A program made the translations under genes and the position numbers. From an uncultured Bacillota bacterium (lineage in GTDB: Bacteria; Bacillota; DTU025; MWDF01), in NCBI GenBank assembly GCA_963823655.1, contig CAWGMK010000010.1, positions 1-64,000 of the forward strand: a stretch of 64,000 bases of DNA. Direction: 5' to 3'. Below the pieces are notes generated by a model. The model saw only the letters and a list, made by a program, of their open reading frames with translations, did not search any database and was not told the DNA's origin. Positions 31,199 through 41,936 of the stretch are shown piece after piece. Position 1 is the stretch's first letter. Each line of letters begins with the position of its first letter.

Positions 31199-31283
31199 TG
31201 GTGCCCAGGCCGGGACTTGAACCCGGATGAGTTGCCTCATACGCCCCTCAAACGTACGCGTATACCAATTCCGCCACCTGGGC
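31199..31283 (-). tRNA. tRNA-Leu(GAG)
   Basis: GCCCAGG acceptor, loop TTGAGGG, long variable arm, GGTTCAAGTCC, CCA. Confidence 0.93.
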
Positions 31284-31307
31284 AGGTGCGAGGATGCGAT
31301 CAGAGAG

Positions 31308-31395
31308 TGGTACCGCGGGAGGGACTTGAACCCACACGACCGTAATGGCCACTAGGTCCTGAACCTAGCGCGTCTGCCTATTCCGCCACCGCGGC
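31308..31395 (-). tRNA. tRNA-Leu(CAG)
   Basis: GCCGCGG acceptor, loop TTCAGGA, long variable arm, GGTTCAAGTCC, CCA. Confidence 0.93.
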
Positions 31396-31493
31396 ACGTC
31401 ATCGATCGCAACGCTCGTCGAGCGAAGCCGCATGGTACCACGAAGGCCGGCCTCACCGGCCGGCCCACGCCTGGCTGTCCGCCCGGGGCGCGC

Positions 31494-31721
31494 CTACAGC
31501 GAGGCGATGTAGACGAGCATGCTGACGGCGACGAAGACGACCGCCAGCACGATGGTGAACTGGTAGAGCCGCGCCTCCACGCCGCGCCGGCTGCGGTAGG
31601 TGGAGGCATCCCCGCCGCCGAACGTGGCGCCCAGGCCCGAGCCACGCGACTGCATGAGGACGGCCGCGATGAGGCCGGCCGCGGAGATGACCAGGGCGAA
31701 GAAGAGGATGGTTTCAGCCAC
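31494..31721 (-). CDS. secG: Preprotein translocase subunit SecG
   Basis: [16 protein letters not shown]...[14 protein letters not shown]. Confidence 0.9.
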   Translation of the reverse strand: MAETILFFALVISAAGLIAAVLMQSRGSGLGATFGGGDASTYRSRRGVEARLYQFTIVLAVVFVAVSMLVYIASL

Positions 31722-31830
31722 GGTGTTGGAGTCGACTCCTGTCCTTGGGATGGTCGGCCGAAGGATAGCACGGCAGGCGCGACGGCCCGCCGCGAGGGTC
31801 GGCGTCCGCGGTCGTCGCCGGGTGACGCCC

Positions 31831-33441
31831 GTCAGGGTGATGCCCTGGCGGTCAGCCTTCAGCAGCGAGTGGCCGCTCATGCCCGGCGGCCGGCGTGACG
31901 CCGGCCAGCTCCATGAGCGTCGGGCGTGACGTCCGCGAGCACGCCGTCGGACAGCGTCCGGCCCCTCACCGGCGAGCCGGCGAGCAGGAACGGCACGGGG
32001 CTCAGCGAGTGCTTCGTGACCGGCTGACCCTTGGCGTCCTTCATGACGTCGGCGTTGCCGTGGTCGGCCGTGATGGCCAGGAGGGCGCCCCTGCCGCCGG
32101 CCGCGAGGGAGGCAGCGTCGGCAGCCAGGACCGCGTCGGCCACCCGGCCCAGGCAGCCATCGAGGAACGTGCAGGCCGTCACGGTGGCATCCCAGACGCC
32201 GGTGTGGCCGACCATGTCCGGGTTGGCGAAGTTGGCCACGATGAGGTCGTACGCGCCCGACGCCGATGGCCGCCACCAGCTCGTCGGTGACACCGGCCGC
32301 GCTCATCTCCGGCTGCAGGTCGTAGGTGGCCACCTTGGGGCTGGGCACGAGCCTGCGCTCCTCGCCCGGCCAGGCCTGCCTCCACGCCGCCGTTGAAGAA
32401 GTACGTGACGTGGGCGTACTTCTCCGTCTCGGCCACGTGGAACTGGCGCCAGCCGAGGCCGGAGACGACCTCCGCGAAGCTGGCCACGACCATGGGCGGG
32501 TAGGCCACCGCCACGGGCAGGCCGCCCTCGTACTCGGTGAGCGTCACGACGTCCGGGCGGGGCGCGTCGCGCGCCGCGGTCGAAGCGCGAGAAGTCGGCG
32601 TCCACGAGGGCGTGGGTCAGCTGCCGCGCCCGGTCGGCCCGGAAGTTGAAGTGGATGACGACGTCGCCGTCGCGCACCCGGCCGTCCACGCCGGCGATCA
32701 GCGTGGGCTTCACGAACTCGTCGTTCTCGCCGCGCGCGTAGGCCGCGGCGAGGGCCGCCGAGGCGCTGGCGGCCGGCTCCGTGCTCGAAGCCGCGGCCGT
32801 GGACCATGGCCTCGTACCAGGCCTGCGTGCGCTCCCAGCGGTTGTCGCGGTCCATGCCGTAGTAGCGGCCGCCGATCATGGCGAAGCGGGCGCCGGGATG
32901 GGCGCCGGCCAGGCGCGCCTCGAAGTCGGGGATGAAGCCGTCCGCGGAGCGGGGCGGCGTGTCACGGCCGTCGAGCAGGCCGTGGACGACGACGTCCTGT
33001 CACGCCCGCCTCGCGGGCCAGCTCCGCGATGGCCACCGCGTGGCGGTCCACGCGAGTGCACGCCGCCGGGCCCGATGAGCCCCACGAGGTGCAGGCGCGA
33101 GCCGCGCTCGGCGACCGTGCGCACCGCGGCCAGCAGCACGGCGTTCTGCGCGGAAGGAGCCGTCGGCGATCTCGGCGTCGATGCGGGGCAGGTCCTGGAG
33201 CACCGGCCGGCCGGCGCCGAGGTTGAGGTGCCCGACCTCGCTGTTGCCCATCTGCCCGTCGGGCAGCCCGACCGCGGCGCCGGAGGCCTCCAGCCGGGCG
33301 TGCGGCCACGTCGCCGAGCAGCGCCCGCCAGCGCGGCATGTCCGCGGCGGCGATGGCGTCCACGGCTGGGTCCGGCCCGATGCCGAAGCCGTCGATGACG
33401 ACGAGGACGATGGGGCACGGTCGTTCGGCCCGCGTGGTCAC
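31831..33441 (-). CDS. gpmI: 2,3-BPG-independent phosphoglycerate mutase; frameshifted, 3' end approximate
   Basis: [64 protein letters not shown]. Confidence 0.93.
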
Positions 33442-33530
33442 AGCTGGGTTCTCCCTCTTCAAGATCGCCCGCCGGCGCGGGCGGCCGCCCGGGCGAGCGC
33501 CCGGGCGAGCGGTCAGGCGGCAGGCGGTCG

Positions 33531-34319
33531 CTAGGCGGCGGCGCGGGCGGCGGCGGTGATGCCGGCCCGGGCCACGATGCCGGCCATCTCGTCCGGCTTG
33601 AGGCTGGCGCCGCCCACGAGGGCGCCGTCGATGGCGGCCTCGTCGAGGAACTCGCCGATGGAGGCGCTCGTGACCGAGCCGCCGTAGAGGACGGGCGTGG
33701 CCTCCGCCTGCGCGGGGCTGGTCAGCTCCGCCAGCGTGGCGCGGATGGCGTCCGCCATCTCGGCGGCATCCTTGCCGCTGGCGGTCTTGCCGGTGCCGAT
33801 GGCCCAGACGGGCTCGTAGGCGATGACGAGGTCCGCCGGGACGGCGTGACCCTCGGCCACGATGACCTCCAGCGCGCCGCGCAGCTGGGCCTGGACGGTC
33901 TCGATGGCGCGGCCGCGCCTCGCGCTCCTCGAGCAGCTCGCCGACGCAGAGCATGGGCCGGATGCCGGCCTCCATGAGGCGCACGATCTTGCGGCCGATG
34001 AGCATGTCGGACTCGAGCTGGTCGCGCCGGCGCTCCGAGTGGCCGATGATGCACCAGGTCGACGAGGCCGGCCAGCATGGCGGCCGAGATCTCGCCCGTG
34101 TAGGCACCCTTGGCCTCGGCGTGCACGTTCTGGGCGCCCGACGGCCACGTCCGTGCCGGCCAGGGCCTCTCCGACGGCCGCCAGCGCCACGTACGGCGGG
34201 CAGATGATGCGGGTGACGCCGGCCACGTCCGTGGCGTCGGCGATGGAGCGGGCCAGCGGACCGGCGTCCGCTGGGGAAGTGTTCATCTTCCAGTTGGCAG
34301 TGATGATGACGGGTCGCAT
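33531..34319 (-). CDS. tpiA: Triosephosphate isomerase; frameshifted
   Basis: [48 protein letters not shown]. Confidence 0.95.
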   Translation of the reverse strand: MRPVIITANWKMNTSPADAGPLARSIADATDVAGVTRIICPPYVALAAVGEALAGTDVAVGRPERARRGQGCLHGRDLGRHAGRPRRPGASSATRSAGATSSSPTCSSAARSCASWRPASGPCSASASCSRSARRGRAIETVQAQLRGALEVIVAEGHAVPADLVIAYEPVWAIGTGKTASGKDAAEMADAIRATLAELTSPAQAEATPVLYGGSVTSASIGEFLDEAAIDGALVGGASLKPDEMAGIVARAGITAAARAAA

Positions 34320-34327
34320 GCGGCCCA

Positions 34328-35119
34328 TCATAGGTCGCCGGGCGGCGACGTGGTGGAGGCGACCGCCTCGAGGCGCTGGAAGGCCCGCTGCACCCGCGCG
34401 CGGCTCAGCCCGAGGCGCTCGGCGAGCTCCGTGAACGACGCCTCCGGGGCGCGCGCGGCGCTCGGCGGCCACGGCGCGCTCGAGGTCCGGCAGCTCGGCG
34501 AGGCGGCCCTCGGCCTCGAGCTGCTCGATGATGGCGATGTGGCGAGCGCTGGAGGCCACGGTGCGCGTCGAGGTTGGCGGTCTCAGCGTTGAGGACGCGG
34601 TTGAGGTGGCCCTGCAGCTGGCGCATGACGAGGCGCGACTCCACCTCCAGGACGCTGGCGCTCGGCGCCGCAGGAGCGCAGGAAGGCCGAGGACGGTGTC
34701 CGTGCGCTTCCAGGTCGCCACCGCCCGACCCCGGCGCAGCCGCCGGGTGGCCGGGAAGCCGAGCCTCGTCGAGCCGTCGGGCCAGCTCGTCGGCCTCCGC
34801 CGGCGGCACCACCAACTCGAGGTGCGGACCCTGCGCGCCCAGGCTCAGCGAGCCCACGGCCAGGAAGCGGCCGCGCAGCCAGGCGGCCCGGCAGTGGCCG
34901 CGCGCCGTGCCCAGTCGAAGACGGCGGCAGGCGTCCTGGCGGCTCGGCGTCCTCGTCGGCCAGGCGCACGGCCAGCCGGGCCACCGCGGGCGAGCGCGCC
35001 CGGCCGCGGGCAGCATCGCCGAGGCCGGCCCGCTCGGCCGTCCGGCAGCAGGCGCGGGGCGGGTCGATGGCCGCCAGCTCGGCACGCACGGCCTCCACGA
35101 GCTCGCTGGAGCTGGCCAC
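34328..35119 (-). CDS. whiA: DNA-binding protein WhiA; frameshifted
   Basis: [29 protein letters not shown]; position after rapZ-yvcK. Confidence 0.8.
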
Positions 35120-35135
35120 GCGGCGGTCGCCTGAG

Positions 35136-36472
35136 TCAGGCGCTGCGCACGGGCGCCACCGGCCGGGCCGCGGCGTGCGCGTCCAGCAGCCGCACGAGGG
35201 CCTCCGCCAGGCGCTGCGGGTCGTGGCGGTGGGCGTTCGCAGGGTCCACCAGCCCGCTCAGCACCAGCCGTGGGCGCGCGCCGCCGGCCGGCATGTCGAT
35301 GCGCACCGGCTCGGCCGGGTAGTCCTCCGGCACGCGGGCAGCGTGGTCGTCGTTGGCGAGGATGACGTCGATGAGCTGGCCGACGCCGTGGGCGCGGAGG
35401 GCCGCCAGGTGCTCGGACAGCGTGTAGCCCTCCGTCTCGCCGGGCTGCGTGGCCACGTTGGCGACGTAGACGCGCAGGCCGCGGGCGCCCTCGATGGCCG
35501 AGCGGATGCCCGGCACCAGCAGGCTGGGCAGGAGGCTGGTGTAGAGGCGAGCCCGGGCCCATGACGATGAGGTCGGCGGCGCGGATGGCCTCCGCGGCCT
35601 CCGGGCTGGCCTCCACGCGGGCGGGGCTGAGCCAGACCCGGCGGATGCCGCGCGAGCGCATGATGCGCGACTGGCCCACGAGATGCGAGCCGTCCGCGAG
35701 CTCCGCGTTGAGGCTCAGGGCGACCGGGGCCGCCGGCACGACCTGGCCGCGCACGGCCAGGACGCGGTTGGCCTGGCGCACGCCCTCCTCGAAGTCGCCG
35801 GTGATGTCCACCATGGCCGCGATGAGCAGGTTGCCGAAGGCGTGGCCGGCCAGCCCGGGCTCGCCATCGGTGGCCGGGAAGCGGTACTGCATGAGGCTGT
35901 TCATGGTCGGCTCGGCGTCCGCCAGGGCCGCGATGCAGTTGCGGATGTCGCCCACGGGCGGCACGCCCGAACTCCTCGCGGAGCTTGCCCGACGAGCCGC
36001 CGTCGTCCGCGACCGTGACGATGGCCGTGATGTTGCTGCTGACCTCCTTGAGGCCGCGCAGCAGCGTGGAGAGGCCGGTCCCGCCGCCGATGGCCACGAT
36101 GCGCGGGCCGCGCGCCAGCGAACGCTTCTGGTAGACGAGCTCGACGAGCGGCTCGCGGCGAACCGGGAACGGCTCCAGGAGCACCGCCAGCAGGCGCCAC
36201 AGGCCGAGGCTGAAGACAGCCACGCCGATGGCGATGACCGCCAGCGGCCGCAGGGCGCCGGGCAGGAAGTTCAGGCTGATGACCTCGAAGAGCTGGCCCG
36301 CCAGGCTGTCCGCGGGCACCTCGCGAAAGGCGATGCGGATGGCCAGCGCGCCGGCCGTGGCCAGGATGGTGAGGCCCAGGAACATCACCAGCAGCCAGCG
36401 CTTGATGCCGGTGCCCGGCCGCAGCCAGCGGCGCAGGCGTGCCCAGCTGCCCTGTGCCCCCCGCGACGTCAC
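35136..36472 (-). CDS. yvcK: Gluconeogenesis factor YvcK/GlmR family; frameshifted
   Basis: IVAIGGGTGLSTLLRGLK, IVTVADDGGSSG, GHAFGNL, TQPGETEGY, RHDP. Confidence 0.92.
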
Positions 36473-37374
36473 CGGCGCTTCTCCAGCTCCCGGTGCCAGA
36501 CCATCACGGGGCCCATGTGCAGGTCGGCCAGCTGGGCGGCCAGTGCCTCCCCGATGGCGACCGAGCGGTGGAAGCCGCCGGTGCAGCCGATGGCGATGGT
36601 GAGGCGCGTCTTGCCCTCCGCGAGGTAGGCCGGGATGAGCGTGGCGAAGAGAGCGTCGAGGTGCTCCAGGAAGGCGGTCGTGATGGGCTGGCCAAGCACG
36701 AACTCACGCACCGGCTCCGTGAGGCCCGAGGAGGCGCGCAGCTCCGGTCGATAGAACGGGTTCTCCATGAAGCGCACGTCGAAGACGAGGTCCGCCTCCA
36801 GGGGCACGCCGTACTTGAAGCCGAAGCTGATGACCTGCAGCGAGAGCTGCTCGGGGCCGGGCTGCGCACCCAGGGCCGCCACGATGCGCTCGCGCAGCTG
36901 CTTGAAGGCCAGGTCCGTCGTGTCGATCGTCGTCTGGGCCATGTCCCGGACCTCGTCGAGCATCTGGCGCTCGCGGGCGATGGCCGACTGGACGCCGTCG
37001 TTCTGCGTGTCCAGGGGATGGCGGTGGCGGGTCTCCGAGTAGCGCCGCACGAGGGCCTCGTCACTGGCCTCCAGGAAGAAGACCTGGGGCACGATGTCGC
37101 GGCCGTGCAGGGCCCCCAGGGCCGCGCCGAGCGAGAGGCGGGCGTCACCCTGGCGCACGTCCAGGACGATGGCCACGCGGTCATAGCGCTCCGGGTCGTC
37201 GGCCACGAGCTCCGCAAGGTCACGCAGCAGCGGGCTGGGGACGTTGTCCACGACCGTGTAGCCGAGGTCCTCGAAGATCTTGCTCGTGGCCGTCTTGCCG
37301 GCGCCCGAGAGTCCCGTGATGATGGCCACGTGCTGGCCGCCCGGGGCGGTCGCGGGCGGCAGCGGCTCAGCCAT
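36469..37374 (-). CDS. rapZ: RNase adapter RapZ/YvcJ
   Basis: ITGLSGAGKT, RYSETRHRHPL, SFGFKYGVP, IGCTGGFHRSV. Confidence 0.95.
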   Translation of the reverse strand: MAEPLPPATAPGGQHVAIITGLSGAGKTATSKIFEDLGYTVVDNVPSPLLRDLAELVADDPERYDRVAIVLDVRQGDARLSLGAALGALHGRDIVPQVFFLEASDEALVRRYSETRHRHPLDTQNDGVQSAIARERQMLDEVRDMAQTTIDTTDLAFKQLRERIVAALGAQPGPEQLSLQVISFGFKYGVPLEADLVFDVRFMENPFYRPELRASSGLTEPVREFVLGQPITTAFLEHLDALFATLIPAYLAEGKTRLTIAIGCTGGFHRSVAIGEALAAQLADLHMGPVMVWHRELEKRR

Positions 37375-38173
37375 CGTCGGCCTCAGCCGCGGGCTCCGCC
37401 ACGACCTCACCGCGGTGGCGGCGCGACAGCAGCAGGATGGTGAACTCGAAGAGGGCGTACATCGTGCCCGCCAGCACCAGCGGGCTGACCGGGTCGCCGC
37501 CGGGCGTCACGACCACGGCGAAGACGACCACGCCGACGAGCACGTAGCGGCGCATGGACCGCAGCTGGGTCACGTTCAGGATGCCCAGGCGGTCCAGGAA
37601 GACGAGCAGGATGGGGAACTGCATGACCAACCCGAAGATGAGGAAGATGAAGGTCACGAAGCCGAAGTAGGCCTCCGCGCTGGGCATGGCCACGAGGGTG
37701 CCGTCGATCTGGAAGCTGAGCAGGAAGCCAACCGCGTAGGGCAGCGTGACCCACGCCACGAGCGTGCCGAGCAGGAAGAAGATGACGCTCATGGGGATCC
37801 AGGGCAGGGCCGAGCGTCGCTCGTGGGGCGTGAGACCCGGTGCCACGAAGGCCCAAGCCTGGTAGAGGATGATGGGCAGGGCCAGCAGGAGGCCGACGAT
37901 GATGGCCACCCGCAGGTGCACCATGAAGCCGCCCGAGAGGGTCAGGAAGACGACCTCGCCGTTGGGGATGGGTGACACCAGGAGCTTGATGATGCTTGGC
38001 GCCAGCATGAAGCCCAAGGCCGCGCCGAGGAGCACGGCCAGGATGCTGATGGCGACGCGGCGGCGCAGCTCGGAGAGGTGGTCCACGAGCGGCATCGTGG
38101 CCGGCTCGTGACTGGCTCCCGCCGCATCGATGCCATCGGGGAGACCCTCCCCGGCTTCCATCACGTCGCTCAT
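37367..38173 (-). CDS. tatC: Twin-arginine translocase subunit TatC
   Basis: MPLVDHLSELRRR, YQAWAFVAPGL..HERR, FGLVMQFP, TPGGDP. Confidence 0.95.
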   Translation of the reverse strand: MSDVMEAGEGLPDGIDAAGASHEPATMPLVDHLSELRRRVAISILAVLLGAALGFMLAPSIIKLLVSPIPNGEVVFLTLSGGFMVHLRVAIIVGLLLALPIILYQAWAFVAPGLTPHERRSALPWIPMSVIFFLLGTLVAWVTLPYAVGFLLSFQIDGTLVAMPSAEAYFGFVTFIFLIFGLVMQFPILLVFLDRLGILNVTQLRSMRRYVLVGVVVFAVVVTPGGDPVSPLVLAGTMYALFEFTILLLSRRHRGEVVAEPAAEADDG

Positions 38174-38206
38174 CGGGACCTCGCGCCGTCCGCGCTCAAG
38201 GCCCGG

Positions 38207-38578
38207 TCAGGCCCGCGGGGCGTCGTCGGTGGCTGCCGTGCCGGGATGAGGTGCCGGGCTCTGAACCGGCTGCGGTGCAGCCTCGACGGATGCGTCCGCG
38301 AGGGGCGCCGCCGGAGCCGGTGGCTCGGCAGAGGCGGGCGCTGTGACGGGCGTCGGTGACACTGCCGCCGCCGCGACCGGGGCGGGCGCGGGCGAGACCG
38401 TCTTGGCGTCAGCGCTGACGGTCGCCGATTCCGTGATGTCCGTGGAGGCCTTGCGGAACTCCCGGATCGTCTTGCCAACGGCCTGTCCCATCTCCGGGAG
38501 TCGCCGCGGACCGACGACCAGCAGCAGCACAGCCAGGATGATGATGAGCTCAATGGGCCCGATGTTCGGGAGTCCCAT
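38207..38578 (-). CDS. tatA: Twin-arginine translocase TatA/TatB
   Basis: IGPIELIIILAVLLLVVGPRRLPEMG..VGKTIREFRKA. Confidence 0.92.
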   Translation of the reverse strand: MGLPNIGPIELIIILAVLLLVVGPRRLPEMGQAVGKTIREFRKASTDITESATVSADAKTVSPAPAPVAAAAVSPTPVTAPASAEPPAPAAPLADASVEAAPQPVQSPAPHPGTAATDDAPRA

Positions 38579-38655
38579 GCGATCCTCCGACGACGTGGGC
38601 TGACGGTTCGAATGCTAGCACCCGGCCCCGGCCGGGGAACGCCGCTCGCCACCCA

Positions 38656-40134
38656 TCAGGGTGGCGGTGGCGCTCCATCGGAAGGGGCGGAGGCCGCGGC
38701 GCCAGGAGCCTGGCTGGCGAGGACACCCTCCGGCACGTCCAGGCCGCCGGTGGCGTCCGGCAGCTGGTCGGCGGGGATGAACCATTCGGGCGGTGAGTCG
38801 CCGTCGATGTTGCCGTCATCGGTGACGGGACGGTCCTCGACGAGCGTGATCTTGCCGTCAGGCGCGATGTCCAGGGTCATGACGCGAACGTCGATGGCCA
38901 CGCCGTCCCGGTGCAGGTAGGCGATCTGGCTGCCATCCGGCGAGACGACGGGCGCGAAGCTGCTGCCGTCATCCGTGAGGAGCACGCGCACGTCTCCGCG
39001 GCGCGGGTCAAGGATGGCGATGTCACGACCGATGCCACGGGTCGCCTCGACCGCCAGCCAGGCGCCATCCGGCGACCAGGATGGGTGCGCGAATCCGGGC
39101 CGCAGCAGCCTGGTCGGACCGGCGGTGCAGTTCCTGCCTGACTGGCAGGTGTGGATGCCGATGCGCGGCACGCCGTCCGTACCCTGGGCGTTGTTGTACG
39201 TGAAGGCGATCTTCGACCCGTCCGGGCTGAAGGCTGGGTCGTTGTGCCCCAGATCGCCATCGGCCGGGGCGGCGACCTTCTCCATGCGGCCGCTGCGGAT
39301 CCCGATGAGGTGCAGCTCCACCGGTCCACTGCCGTCGGGGCCATCACTGGCGACCGCAAGGGTGTCTCCGTCAGGGCTCACATCCGGCTGCAGCACGTGA
39401 CTGAACCAGGTCCCGGCACTGTCCTTGATCAGGGCGTCGTAGACCTCCTCGCGTTCAGAGCCATCAGCCTTCATGCGCCAGACGTCCGTCACGTACAGCG
39501 TGTAGAGGCCGCCGGCCCGAGAATTGGCGGTCGGCCGCCGCGTCGTGCGGATGAAGTAGATGCGCTTGCCGTCGGGTGACCAGGTGGGGCTGGAGTCGGA
39601 CTTGGTGGCGTCGGCATCGGTGAGTCGGCGCAGCTCGCGGCCCGTGGCCGCCCAGATGTCCCCGGCACGGCTGAAGACGATGGTGCCCTCCACGTCCGCC
39701 CGCTGGTCGGGCGGCGGCTCCACGATGTCGGGAAGCGCCGATGCCTGGGGCTCGACCACCACCGGCGCGTCAGTCGCGCCGGCCGCGGCGACGGGCGCGG
39801 GTGTCGCCTCCGGTCCCGGGGAGGGTGCCCCAGAGGCGACGGCAGCCTCCCGTCCGAGATCCACGCTGAGGAAGGTCATGGCCGTCACGCTGCCGACGCC
39901 GACGAGCAGCAGGCCGATGAAGGCCAGCAATGGCGCCAGGACGGGCGAGTTGCGCGGTGGCCTGGAGCGGGGCGGCAGGGGCTCCTGGGCCGGCAGGTAC
40001 GGGGGGCGATAGACGGGCTCCGCGAAGCCGGAGGCCTTCCCCGGGGCTCCCTGCCGGCCGAAGCCGACCGGGGGCAGCTGCGGCGGGTAGGCGCCTGGGC
40101 TTCCCGATGGTTCGCGGGGTGGGCGACCCGTCAC
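38656..40134 (-). CDS. Membrane-anchored TolB-like PD40/WD40 beta-propeller protein
   Basis: One TM helix; repeated PTWSPDG, PDVSPDG, PAFSPDG, PSWSPDG, PVVSPDG. Confidence 0.85.
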   Translation of the reverse strand: MTGRPPREPSGSPGAYPPQLPPVGFGRQGAPGKASGFAEPVYRPPYLPAQEPLPPRSRPPRNSPVLAPLLAFIGLLLVGVGSVTAMTFLSVDLGREAAVASGAPSPGPEATPAPVAAAGATDAPVVVEPQASALPDIVEPPPDQRADVEGTIVFSRAGDIWAATGRELRRLTDADATKSDSSPTWSPDGKRIYFIRTTRRPTANSRAGGLYTLYVTDVWRMKADGSEREEVYDALIKDSAGTWFSHVLQPDVSPDGDTLAVASDGPDGSGPVELHLIGIRSGRMEKVAAPADGDLGHNDPAFSPDGSKIAFTYNNAQGTDGVPRIGIHTCQSGRNCTAGPTRLLRPGFAHPSWSPDGAWLAVEATRGIGRDIAILDPRRGDVRVLLTDDGSSFAPVVSPDGSQIAYLHRDGVAIDVRVMTLDIAPDGKITLVEDRPVTDDGNIDGDSPPEWFIPADQLPDATGGLDVPEGVLASQAPGAAASAPSDGAPPPP

Positions 40135-41900
40135 GCCGGGCCACCCTGAGCGGCGATCACGACCGGGCTTCCTGCCGCTGCGGCGGCACGAAGCCTGCCG
40201 AGCGTGCCCGCGGCCGCGACGTCACGGACCTCCAACTGCAGCGTCTCCAGCCCCGCGAAGGTCCGACTGGTGAGGCGCGCCACGACGTCGATCTCAAGAC
40301 CCTCCGTGAGCTGCTCGGCGAGGTCGGCCCGACCGAAGCAGATGCCGTCGACCACCTCTCGTCCTCTGCGCAGCGTGAGCTGGGTGTGGCCGCCGCTTGC
40401 GACGCGGGCACGAACCACGACGAGGCCCGCGACGCCGACGAGCGGAGGCGCCTCAGCGGCGTCCTCCAGCGGTGCCAACTCGCGCAAGAGTACGTAATCC
40501 GCGGCAACTGCGCTCTGGACGAGGTCGATGGCCAGGGTGGGCCTGCGATCGCTGAACGGCTGGGCGGCGGCGAAGTCGGCCAGCCTCGCCCGCAACTCCG
40601 GGACACGCCCTGCGTCCACGTGACAGCCGGCTGCGGCGGGGTGCCCCCCGTGGCGCTCCAGGAGGTCGCGGCAGGCCTGGAACGCGGCTGCGACGTCCAC
40701 CCCACCGGCGCTTCGCGCCGAGCCGCGCCACGGCGTGACGGCCGTGGAGAGCGCCAACACCGGGCGCCCGGTCTCCTCCGCGAGTCGGCCGGCCACGAGC
40801 CCGATGACGCCGACGGGCCAGTCCCCCTCGAGCACGATGAAGGCGTCATCCACGGCAGGGGCCAGGCGCCCGCGTGCGTCCGCCATGGCCGCCGACGTCA
40901 GGTCCCGGCGCTGCACGTTGGCGGCTTCGAGCTGGGCTGCCAGTCCGGCTGCCTCAACGTCATCCCGCGCCAGCAGCAGCGCCGCGGCGACGCCAGGGTC
41001 ACCGATGCGGCCCATGGCGTTGAGGCGCGGCGCAAGGCCGAAGGAGATGTCCTCCGTGGAGAGGTCATCCGTGTCAAGCCGGGCGGCAGCCAGCAGCGCG
41101 GCCAGGCCCGGTCGCGGCGCCTGGCCCAGTCGGCGCAAGCCGAGGCGCACGATGGCCCGGTTCTCACCGGCGATGGGCACCACGTCCGCGACCGACCCGA
41201 TGGCAGCCAGGTCCACCAACGCCAGGGCGGCGTCTGCACCGCCGGGACGATCGGCCATGAGGAGCTGCGCCACCTTGAAGGCGACCCCGGCACCGGATAG
41301 ACGACGGTCCGGATAACGACTCTCCGGCCGCTGCAGGTTCACGAGCGCCAGGGCGTCCGGCCGCTCCGGTCCCAGGACGTGGTGGTCGGTGATGATGACG
41401 TCGATCCCTGCCTGCCGGGCTGCCGCGACCTCCGCGAGGCTGGTGGAACCCGTGTCCACGGTGACGATGAGTCCGTGACCCGCTTCCTGGGCGCGCTCCA
41501 CGGCAGCCATGGAGAGCCCGTGGCCCTCCGCCGTGCGGTGCGGGACGTACGGCTCAGCCTGCATGCCGAGCCAGCGCAGCGCTTCCACCAGGATGGCCAG
41601 CCCGGTCAGGCCATCGGCATCGAAGTCGCCCAGGACGAGGACCGACTCCCCTGCCCGGCGGGCCCGATCGATGCGGGCCTGCACCACGTCCGCGTCCGGC
41701 AGCGAGCGGGGGTCGTGCAGGCCGGCTTCCGGCTCGTCGAAGCGCGAGGCCAGCTCCGCGGCATCCACGGGGCCACGCCGGGAAAGCACGCGTAAGGCGC
41801 GGGCGGAGAGGCCCCGCCGCTGGGCCTCCTCGATGGTGGACGCCGTGAGCACGTGCGGTGGTGGCACGACCCAGTGATAGCGGGGCTGCAGCTCGGTCAT
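40131..41900 (-). CDS. recJ: Single-stranded-DNA exonuclease RecJ
   Basis: GDFDADG, VTVDTG, ITDHH, LSGAGVAFK, PRLNAMGR, GSARS, GGHPAAAG. Confidence 0.93.
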   Translation of the reverse strand: MTELQPRYHWVVPPPHVLTASTIEEAQRRGLSARALRVLSRRGPVDAAELASRFDEPEAGLHDPRSLPDADVVQARIDRARRAGESVLVLGDFDADGLTGLAILVEALRWLGMQAEPYVPHRTAEGHGLSMAAVERAQEAGHGLIVTVDTGSTSLAEVAAARQAGIDVIITDHHVLGPERPDALALVNLQRPESRYPDRRLSGAGVAFKVAQLLMADRPGGADAALALVDLAAIGSVADVVPIAGENRAIVRLGLRRLGQAPRPGLAALLAAARLDTDDLSTEDISFGLAPRLNAMGRIGDPGVAAALLLARDDVEAAGLAAQLEAANVQRRDLTSAAMADARGRLAPAVDDAFIVLEGDWPVGVIGLVAGRLAEETGRPVLALSTAVTPWRGSARSAGGVDVAAAFQACRDLLERHGGHPAAAGCHVDAGRVPELRARLADFAAAQPFSDRRPTLAIDLVQSAVAADYVLLRELAPLEDAAEAPPLVGVAGLVVVRARVASGGHTQLTLRRGREVVDGICFGRADLAEQLTEGLEIDVVARLTSRTFAGLETLQLEVRDVAAAGTLGRLRAAAAAGSPVVIAAQGGPA

Positions 41901-41936
41901 GAGCTGGCAGTCTGAGCCGAGGGACTTCACCCCGGC

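Noticed and set aside
31494-32348. GpmI-SecG fusion suggested by the ORF track
   Set aside because: secG has its own -10 (TATCCT), SD and GTG; the read-through is best explained by indel errors.
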